Shown here in pieces: positions 58,001 to 64,000 of a stretch of 64,000 nt of DNA. The notes under the pieces are model-generated. The model saw nothing but the letters and a program-made list of their open reading frames with translations, did no database searches and was not told the DNA's origin. Positions within the stretch are counted from its first letter, which is position 1. Every line of letters starts with the position of its first letter. This DNA comes from Gemmatimonadaceae bacterium (GTDB taxonomy: Bacteria; Gemmatimonadota; Gemmatimonadetes; Gemmatimonadales; Gemmatimonadaceae), in NCBI GenBank assembly GCA_051859245.1, contig JBHYGA010000001.1, positions 448,001 to 512,000 of the forward strand. The letters run 5' to 3'. Made by a program: the position numbers and the translations under genes.

Positions 58001-58785
58001 AGTAGAAGACCCACTGACACGCCACACCACAACAACCGGTTGACAAGGAAACGTCCGGTGAGTGGCAGCAACAGTTGATTGCGTTCCGCGGGCGTCCAGT
58101 AACGTGTAGCTTCGAAAAACGCCGATGTACCGAACGGATCGAGCAGCGCGGCGCGTGCGAGCGTTTCGGGAGACGATGGCGCCGCGTTGGCCATAAGCGG
58201 CGAATCGACCAGCAGCGCAACCACCATGTACAGCGCGAACACCGCAATCGCCCCGACATAGGTGGCCATGGTTTTGCGCGTGAACATCGCCACCGCGTAC
58301 AGCACCGCGGACACGAACAGCACGTTCGGAAGTACGAGAACGAGCAGTACCCACACATACGGCAACAGGCGCAGCGGGCCAACACGCGTGGGATCAGTCG
58401 CAATGACAAAGGGCGCCAGCAGTTGTACCAGCAACACCACCACCGCGATGACAACACCAGAGCCCACGATGCCGAGTACGCGAGACGACACCAGTTGCCA
58501 CGGCTGAATCGGTCGAGACGCCAGCAATTCGTGCGTGCGATGCTCGTCGTCGCGAAGACCGCCGTGAACGGTGAAGATGGTTTGCGTGGCCAGGAACCAT
58601 AAAGACAGCAGGCCCCAGCTCTGCGCGATGCTGTACGGCGAGTTGATGTTCACTGCGTCGGGTCCGTAACCCTGACGGATCATCATGAGCGCCATGGCAA
58701 CCAGCACGGCGGCGATCGCCCACGGGAACACGCGATGCAATTGCCAGCGCCACTCGAAGCGCAGCATCTGACGCAGTTGTTTCAT
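55012..58785 (-). CDS. ABC-2 type permease fused to M1 family aminopeptidase
   Basis: Two permease halves ('MLRFEWR', 'INSPYSI', 'LLDPFG', 'YWTPAERN', 'FSDLDGFG'), then HEVAHQWWG..ESL and 'YGKG'. Confidence 0.9.
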   Translation of the reverse strand: MKQLRQMLRFEWRWQLHRVFPWAIAAVLVAMALMMIRQGYGPDAVNINSPYSIAQSWGLLSLWFLATQTIFTVHGGLRDDEHRTHELLASRPIQPWQLVSSRVLGIVGSGVVIAVVVLLVQLLAPFVIATDPTRVGPLRLLPYVWVLLVLVLPNVLFVSAVLYAVAMFTRKTMATYVGAIAVFALYMVVALLVDSPLMANAAPSSPETLARAALLDPFGTSAFFEATRYWTPAERNQLLLPLTGRFLVNRLLWCGVSVGLLLLTYRRSSALSRRVSGARRWFGRGGGVSHTTAHATAHATTHTTHVSAHPPRSDALRAAPVYERVAPALAGADVVLQQMLRRTRLECRLLFGSWIVQALVVLFAVTVGIEALSELTSGEYGTRIVATSAVLMRKLSQPLELIATLSAVYFAAETVWRERLLAADGVIDATPVSNFTLYIGKLVALCAIPLVFAAAGLAIMLALQLLSGNEPVSVRAYLGVAWFVSVPVMLRVVVLLGLQLISPNRWIGIIAGVAFMIVTFGGGVPGLQHSMLQYSVFPTPIFSDLDGFGVAAESFVAIATYWASWAVLVAACTWQLWRRGFDRGVRARVLATFRRVVARKNRESGVGGVAGARGALAFALIAIVASGAWLYQRGQPHSDWMSASARTAWSVAYERDYRHVQTRAQPNIVDARMAVDLPPAQRVATVRATFVLENRTDMPIDTVWIAPPRDLSAVVVQLPNAELVRLDSAHATWVFALRLPLLPGASQTMTYNAALDRGGVRFDNFQPDVAENGSFIMSTTLIPIIGYRASYEEQNLQARARAGLGAPTADLTRDTTVRVDSLTRLARRGAGAAWFTLALNVSTDVDQTVIGPGRLTREWTADERRHFEYVSDGPTTPVFAIAAARYAVTRATTRGLTIEAWHHPDHARNAEQMVQAAQRTITLLGAKLSPYPRPVLRMAEVPLFWRFGAYASSGALFFTEDRGMLSDVRAGDIDLVTRRVAHEVAHQWWGHTVMPLSVPGSGVIVESLAKYGEQLVTASMHGADAVAPILAYDHDRYLSGRAREIRSEPTLVAMTDQSYMSYGKGALAMAALHARLGDSLMTAVLRSLVQSEGGPRGAATASMLHQHLRAAAPTPELRALVDEWMTERVLYDMRVDSASARQVAAGYRVELVARVDRLVHHNGVEQSSPAEETLVDVVVRGEDSRVLHRGSVRAKHGVLRWSETIAARPVHVEIDPDVRWIDRERSNNRRAVSVIHKTAAATPFATAPSRFAHPLPP

Positions 58786-59720
58786 TGAGTGCGATGCTGA
58801 TTGCGGTGCAGCGATTCGAAGTACACGTCTTCGAGTTCTGGAGCCACCGCGGTGAATGTCGCGTCTGGTGCGGTCGCGGCAAGCACGCGAAGACGCGTGG
58901 CGCCAGCGTTCAGTTGTGTCGAGAGCACGCGATAAGCCGAGAGCGAGAGTCCGACGTCACGCTTCGGCACCGTCTTCGTCCACACGCAACCATCGAGTTC
59001 CGCCAGCAGCGCATCAGGTGTGCCTTCGGCCACCACCTGTCCCGCTGCGACAATGGCGAGTCGCGAACAGAGCTGCCGCACATCTTCAACGATGTGCGTG
59101 GACAGAATGACGACGACGTCTTCACCGATTTCACTGAGCAGATTGTAAAAGCGATTGCGTTCGGCTGGATCAAGTCCCGCTGTCGGTTCGTCCACGATGA
59201 TCAACTTCGGATCGCCGAGCAGGGCCTGCGCGATGCCGAATCGCTGTCGCATGCCACCGGAAAATCCGCTCACGGCGCGCTTGCGATGCTCCCACAAATT
59301 CATCTGGCTGAGCAGTGCTTCCACCTGTGCGCGGCGTGACACGCTGTCCGTGAGCCCCTTCAGCACCGCCAGGTGATCAAGCAGATCCTGCGCGGACACG
59401 CCGGGATACACCCCGAAGTCCTGCGGCAAATAACCCAGCTGCCGACGATGCGCCGTGGGATCGGCAAAAATGGAGCGACCGTCGAACGTGACGTCGCCGG
59501 CGTCCGGAACCTGGAGGGTTGCCAACGTGCGCATGAGCGTGGACTTTCCGGCGCCGTTAGGACCAAGCAAACCGAACAGTCCGCGCCCCACCGTGAGGTC
59601 GATACCGCGCAGCGCCTGCACACCATTGGGATAGCGCAACGAAACACCGGAGATGTGGAGCATGTGTTCGTGGGACGGGGAGAGAGCGTCTCGAATCGGC
59701 GGGGAGGCCGACGTGTTCAC
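58782..59720 (-). CDS. ABC transporter ATP-binding protein
   Basis: GPNGAGKS, FSGGMRQR, IIVDEPTAGLDP, STH; ATGA overlap with the permease. Start may be about 59665. Confidence 0.95.
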   Translation of the reverse strand: MNTSASPPIRDALSPSHEHMLHISGVSLRYPNGVQALRGIDLTVGRGLFGLLGPNGAGKSTLMRTLATLQVPDAGDVTFDGRSIFADPTAHRRQLGYLPQDFGVYPGVSAQDLLDHLAVLKGLTDSVSRRAQVEALLSQMNLWEHRKRAVSGFSGGMRQRFGIAQALLGDPKLIIVDEPTAGLDPAERNRFYNLLSEIGEDVVVILSTHIVEDVRQLCSRLAIVAAGQVVAEGTPDALLAELDGCVWTKTVPKRDVGLSLSAYRVLSTQLNAGATRLRVLAATAPDATFTAVAPELEDVYFESLHRNQHRTQ

Positions 59721-59777
59721 GTCCCGGACGGAATGGCGAAACGCATAGTTTCAGCGGTACTATATTGAATCGTCCAT

Positions 59778-59792
59778 TTAGTCACGCCTTAA
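59778..59792. promoter_or_regulatory. LysR-type T-N11-A box
   Basis: TTAG-tcacgcc-TTAA overlapping the LysR start codon. Confidence 0.5.
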
Positions 59793-60706
59793 TGATCACA
59801 ATCGCAGACCTTGAGTTCTTCAGCGTGATCGCGCGCTCGCGCTCTCTGGCGGCGGCCGCGCGCGCGCTCGACGTGACGCCATCCGCGGTCACGCAACGTC
59901 TGCAGGATCTCGAGCGGCGCGTTGGCCTGCCACTCGTGTTGCGCAGCGGTCACCGCATCGCGCTGACCGATGAAGGCGAGCTGCTGCTTGATCGCGGACG
60001 GCGCATCACCGACGATGTTGCGGCACTGGTCGACGGACTCGCGGCACGACGTGGTGAAGTGGTCGGACATCTACGCATCCTGGCGCCGCTCGGCTTTGGA
60101 CGTCGATTTGTCGCGCCCATGGCGGGCGACTTCGCAGACGCTCATCCCAAGTTGACGCTGACGCTCATGTTGTCCGATCGTCCAGCGCGCATTCCCGAGA
60201 GCGACTGGGATGTGGCGGTGCATGTTGGCGAACGGCCGGCCACGTCGGGTTCGATTCGTACGTTGGCGCCTAACATGCGCGTACTCTGCGCGTCGCCCGC
60301 GTACCTGACGCGTTACGGTGCGCCCTCGCGCCCGCACGACCTCAGCGATCACCGATGCATCGCGCTGCGAGAGAACGATGAAGACGTCACCCTGTGGCGA
60401 TTCACGGATATCAACCGGCGTGTCACACAGGTGCGCATCGCGCCGATTCTCGCCAGCAACGACGGCGATGTTGCGCGCGAATGGGCGCTTGATGCACGCG
60501 GGATCATTGTACGTTCAGAATGGTCGATTGCCGACGATCTGCGAACAGGACGCCTCGTGCGCTTGCTTGACAGTTATCGTCTGCCGACCGCAGACGTGGT
60601 GGCAGTCGTTGGTTCGCGAGGCGGACAACTGGCGCGCACCTCGCAGTTTGTCAAAGCAGTACGCGCGTCGTTGACACCGACGCCCTGGCGAGATGCGACG
60701 TTGTAA
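59792..60706 (+). CDS. LysR family transcriptional regulator (CrgA/DmlR-like)
   Basis: 'SLAAAARALDVTPSAVTQRL..LE', 'LTDEG', 'GFGRR', 'LCASPAYL', 'SNDGD', 'RSEW'. Confidence 0.94.
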   Translation: MITIADLEFFSVIARSRSLAAAARALDVTPSAVTQRLQDLERRVGLPLVLRSGHRIALTDEGELLLDRGRRITDDVAALVDGLAARRGEVVGHLRILAPLGFGRRFVAPMAGDFADAHPKLTLTLMLSDRPARIPESDWDVAVHVGERPATSGSIRTLAPNMRVLCASPAYLTRYGAPSRPHDLSDHRCIALRENDEDVTLWRFTDINRRVTQVRIAPILASNDGDVAREWALDARGIIVRSEWSIADDLRTGRLVRLLDSYRLPTADVVAVVGSRGGQLARTSQFVKAVRASLTPTPWRDATL

Positions 60707-60715
60707 GGAGCGTCG

Positions 60716-61681
60716 CTACGCGCCAGCCGTGTTGCGCGACGCACGCCATCGCTCGCACAGTTCACTCGCGGCCGATTCCCAGTCAGGATACGCAAAACAA
60801 AAGCCGCTGCCGAGCAGTGTGCCCGGCACAACTCGGCGGCTCTTGAGCACGAGCTCTGTCTCGGTTCGCAGCGCGATGGCGCCGAGCTCAAGCATCCACT
60901 CGGTCGCGGGCAAGCCCATTCGCGCTCCCCAGGCGCGTCGCAGGACGCGCATGAACTCAGCGTTGGGCAGCGGATTCGGCGAGGTGATGTTGATGGCCCC
61001 ACTCAGGTCAGGGTGTTCAACAATCCAATCGAGCGCGGCAATGAAATCGCGCTCATGAATCCACGAGATAAACTGCCGGCCATGTCCCGACTGTCCGCCC
61101 AGGCCGAAACGCACCAAGGCGAGCAGCGTGGCGAACACGCCGCCCGCATCCGGGCTCATGACCATTGCGGAGCGCAGCTTGACCACGCGGGTTGCCGGCA
61201 ACGTGAACCTGTCAGTCGCCTCTTCCCACGCTCGCGCGACGCCAATGCTGAAGCGCCAGGTACTCGGCGCTCCCGGCTCGTCTCCGCCAATCAGCCCGGT
61301 CGCTTCATCGTTGGGGGCGTCGTAGCGGTGCGCGTAAATCGTGGCGGTGCTCGCCTGCAGCCAGATCCGTGGCGGTATCGCCGCCGCCGCGATGGCCTCG
61401 CCAATGAGGACGGTGGAATCCACGCGCGACTTCAGAATGAGGTCTCGATTGGACGGCGAGTAGCGGCAATTCACGCTCCGTCCAGCGAGGTTGACGACCA
61501 CGTCCGCGCCTTCGAGTTCACGCGCCCATGCGCCGTGTGTGCGAGCGTCCCACGAGACGACCCGCCACGGCGCGGGCATCGGCGCACGACTAAGAACAAC
61601 CACATCGGCGCCGCGAGCATGGAAGGCGCGCGCCAGCAGTGTGCCGACCTGGCCGCTCCCTCCGGGAATGACAATTTTCAT
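60716..61681 (-). CDS. TIGR01777 family NAD-dependent epimerase/oxidoreductase
   Basis: 'IVIPGGSGQVG', 'NLAGRSVNCRY', 'SRVDST', 'SWIHERD', 'SPNP', 'KSRRVVP'. Confidence 0.92.
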   Translation of the reverse strand: MKIVIPGGSGQVGTLLARAFHARGADVVVLSRAPMPAPWRVVSWDARTHGAWARELEGADVVVNLAGRSVNCRYSPSNRDLILKSRVDSTVLIGEAIAAAAIPPRIWLQASTATIYAHRYDAPNDEATGLIGGDEPGAPSTWRFSIGVARAWEEATDRFTLPATRVVKLRSAMVMSPDAGGVFATLLALVRFGLGGQSGHGRQFISWIHERDFIAALDWIVEHPDLSGAINITSPNPLPNAEFMRVLRRAWGARMGLPATEWMLELGAIALRTETELVLKSRRVVPGTLLGSGFCFAYPDWESAASELCERWRASRNTAGA

Positions 61682-61723
61682 TGGGTCTCGTGTCAGGCTG
61701 ACGGGCCCGCGGGACGTCCGCGC

Positions 61724-61951
61724 TTATGGCGCGTCAAGCGGATTCCGACAGGACGGGATCGTCACGCCGCCGCTCTCCGTGAGCGGCGGATTAACGCGTG
61801 GCATCGTGGGCACGGCGCTGGAATCCCGGCGGACAACGGGCATCGGACACGTGACCATCGACGATAGCGACGGCGCCGATTCCGCTGGGGACGACGCGGG
61901 CATGAGCAGCGACGCGCGACCCCACCCACGATTCGCAGTGACCACCGACAT
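61724..61951 (-). CDS. Possible small Pro/Cys protein (CPMPV...CxNPL); start uncertain
   Basis: Open frame ending 'CPMPVVRRDSSAVPTMP...SCRNPLDAP'; co-oriented with its neighbours. Confidence 0.35.
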   Translation of the reverse strand: MSVVTANRGWGRASLLMPASSPAESAPSLSSMVTCPMPVVRRDSSAVPTMPRVNPPLTESGGVTIPSCRNPLDAP

Positions 61952-62056
61952 CAGACACTCCGCGTCAAAGGACCAACACACCGAAGCGTGGCGCGCAATA
62001 CTTGGCAATCTAACGTGCGGTCGCGCCGGGCCCACTCCGCAGCGCGCTCATCGGCA

Positions 62057-62539
62057 TCAAGCGTCGCTCTGACGCGCCTGGCGGTTCAGGAGCTGGTCGA
62101 TGCGTCTCTTGTTCTCTTGCTGGAGCAGGGAGGGATAGACGTTGAGGATCACATTGGGGATCATCATGCTGAGTGCAAAAATGAGGCTGACATTGAAGCT
62201 CTGATACAACGCAGCGGCAGCCACAAATAGAAACCCGATCAAGTGGTTGAGCTCGGCAATGGTCATGTGATGGCGGATCGAAGCCAGATCCGTGTGCTTG
62301 CCCTCCACCTTGATGCTCTGATTCAAGAACCTGAAAAAGCTGTTCTTCACGACCCATTTGAACTGCGCAATTCCGAGCGCTCTGTTCAGGGCCTTGCTTG
62401 AGATGAAGTTCAGATGCGACAGCTTTTCGAAGTAACTGGTTTTGAGCAGGAGGGCGCCGCCCAGGATTCCGATCGTCCACGAGACGATGGACAGGGAGAG
62501 TCCAAAGGCGAAGCCGTTGAGGAGGTGATTCGCAACCAT
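62057..62539 (-). CDS. CrtO-like (glycosyl-4,4'-diaponeurosporenoate acyltransferase-like) membrane protein
   Basis: 'AELNHLIG' and 'NVYPSLLQQENKRRI' motifs; TM segments; visibly more A/T-rich than its neighbours. Confidence 0.65.
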   Translation of the reverse strand: MVANHLLNGFAFGLSLSIVSWTIGILGGALLLKTSYFEKLSHLNFISSKALNRALGIAQFKWVVKNSFFRFLNQSIKVEGKHTDLASIRHHMTIAELNHLIGFLFVAAAALYQSFNVSLIFALSMMIPNVILNVYPSLLQQENKRRIDQLLNRQARQSDA

Positions 62540-62610
62540 GGGTCAGGCACGGCAGGGAATTGAAAAGGTACGCGTCGGAAGGAATCACAAATCGCCGTCG
62601 CGCTTCCGCA

Positions 62611-62640
62611 GCATAACGCTGGCTTTTGCAGCGGGCGATC
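62611..62640 (-). other. attC-like half site
   Basis: Minus strand GATCGCCCGCTGCAAAAGCCAGC-GTTATGC, directly after a stop codon. Confidence 0.45.
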
Positions 62641-63828
62641 CTACTTCGCCGCTCGGATCAGCCGTTCCTGAACCGCGCGCAGCGGAAGCGTCGGCCCGCC
62701 ACTGATGTTCCACGCGTTGAAGACCACCACCATCTCCTGATCGGGAAACGCCATTGGGAACTGCCCGCCGAATCCGGACCCGGCCCAGATAAACGCGTCA
62801 GGCTGCACTGGATTGTTGTACAGCCACCACTTGTACCCGTACTTCGGCGCGCCGACGCGAGTGCTCGTCGCGATGTGTGGTGTCACAGATTCGCGCACCC
62901 AGCCTTCCGACACGACGGTCTTCCCATCCCACCGGCCGTCCTGCAGCCACAGTTGCCAGATGCGCGCCAGGTCGGTCGCTTCGAGATACAAGCCACCCTC
63001 GGTGTCGATGGCGCCCGAGGTTGTGCGCTTCCAATGCCAGTTGGTGATGCCGAGTGGCGTGAAGAGATGGCGCGCCGCGTACTCCTCAATGTCGACGCCA
63101 GTTGCGCGGAAGAAGATGTGCGCGAGCAACGCGCTCTCACCGCTGCTGTAGTTGAACTGTGTTCCCGGCTCACGCATCATCGGCCGGTCGATGGTGAACT
63201 TGACCCAGTCCGGGCTGGCCTCGAGCGCGCCCGCCGTATTGCGCGGATCGCTATACGGAATGCTTTCGTTCCAGTCGAATCCGCCCGTCATCGTGAGCAA
63301 GTGGCGGATGGTGATGCGCCGCTTGCGGTCGTCGAGGTTCGCGACTGCGGTGGTATCCCAGTATGTGAGAATGGGCGTGTCGAGTGCGGGGAACTCACCG
63401 CGGGTGACCGCCACCCCGATGACCGCGGATGCCACGGTCTTGGAGACGGACTGCAGCGTGTGCAGCGTGCCACGACGATACGTCGGGTGCCACCACGGGT
63501 TGAAATAGTTGAACGGCCCGGTCGGGTCGTGCGAGTTGTTCAGCGACGAGCTGGCGCGCGACGAGTCGCCGTAGATTTTGTCATAGTCGCGCGGATACCA
63601 CTTGTCCATCACAATCCGACCGCGACGAATGATCAGCATGCGGTCGATGTTGCCGTATTTCCCCGCCGTGATCTCGGCGTCGAGGCTGTCGAGCACGGCG
63701 GGGTTGAGACCGACCGCCGACGGGGTCGACGTTGGCCACGTGAATGACCTTGGCTGGGCGCCGAGCGACGAGGCCGCGAGCCACGTAAGTGCGACTGCGC
63801 AGGAGAAAAGTAGACGAGTCATGGCCAT
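62641..63828 (-). CDS. Beta-lactamase-family (class C-like) serine hydrolase, exported
   Basis: Signal peptide; QSVSKT (SxxK), 'RHLLTMTGG', 'FNYSSG', 'YGYKWW', 'GFGGQ'. Confidence 0.93.
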   Translation of the reverse strand: MAMTRLLFSCAVALTWLAASSLGAQPRSFTWPTSTPSAVGLNPAVLDSLDAEITAGKYGNIDRMLIIRRGRIVMDKWYPRDYDKIYGDSSRASSSLNNSHDPTGPFNYFNPWWHPTYRRGTLHTLQSVSKTVASAVIGVAVTRGEFPALDTPILTYWDTTAVANLDDRKRRITIRHLLTMTGGFDWNESIPYSDPRNTAGALEASPDWVKFTIDRPMMREPGTQFNYSSGESALLAHIFFRATGVDIEEYAARHLFTPLGITNWHWKRTTSGAIDTEGGLYLEATDLARIWQLWLQDGRWDGKTVVSEGWVRESVTPHIATSTRVGAPKYGYKWWLYNNPVQPDAFIWAGSGFGGQFPMAFPDQEMVVVFNAWNISGGPTLPLRAVQERLIRAAK

Positions 63829-63911
63829 ATGCTACGCGTCCGTGGCAGATGGCGGAACTCGAACGGATCACCGTGTGAAGAGAGGATCGTGAACCGAGTG
63901 GTCGCCATCCC

Positions 63912-64000
63912 TTACGGCTCCGCCGGGTAGAACCACGCGCGCTGCACCCGCCCGGCGCGCACCTCGTACACGACAACGCTCGACTGCCCGCCAACCCCAG
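63912..64000 (-). CDS. 3' end of an NTF2/SnoaL-like protein (partial)
   Basis: Manual reading '...GVGGQSSVVVYEVRAGRVQRAWFYPAEP*'; stop at 63912-63914. Confidence 0.65.
   Translation of the reverse strand, partial: GVGGQSSVVVYEVRAGRVQRAWFYPAEP

Noticed and set aside
62641..63828. Antibiotic-resistance beta-lactamase call (also 913-2433)
   Set aside because: SxxK-family membership alone does not show beta-lactam hydrolysis; both have YSS rather than YxN and may be esterases or amidases.
1..64000. Intact integron, prophage, IS element, defence system, rRNA or tRNA
   Set aside because: No integrase, transposase, phage structural or defence-type ORF, and no structural RNA signature recognised.

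Overview
GC-rich bacterial chromosomal window. It is most likely Gemmatimonadota, inferred from two 'L..AL..RY.I.RELG.GGM..V.LA'-type Ser/Thr kinases, a SusC/SusD pair, PEP-CTERM proteins and several six-bladed beta-propeller lipoproteins. I saw no rRNA, tRNA, CRISPR array, transposase or integrase. The window is a patchwork of exported hydrolases (two S9 peptidases, five alpha/beta hydrolases, two beta-lactamase-family serine hydrolases, two amidohydrolases), small regulator modules (two ArsR, HxlR, LysR) with visible operator palindromes, and several multi-gene systems. Most interesting: (1) a secreted cytochrome c / PHM-type copper monooxygenase fusion with all six Cu ligands, translationally coupled to a vicinal-Cys partner and close to a PQQ dehydrogenase; (2) a SusC/SusD locus whose cargo is phosphoesterases rather than CAZymes, with a Pho-box-like repeat; (3) a DUF305 (CopM-like) + LVIVD operon; (4) an ABC-2 permease/M1 peptidase fusion; (5) decayed attC-like sites and several pseudogenes, suggesting domesticated integron cassettes. 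All family calls come from motif recognition by eye, and many start codons are best guesses.
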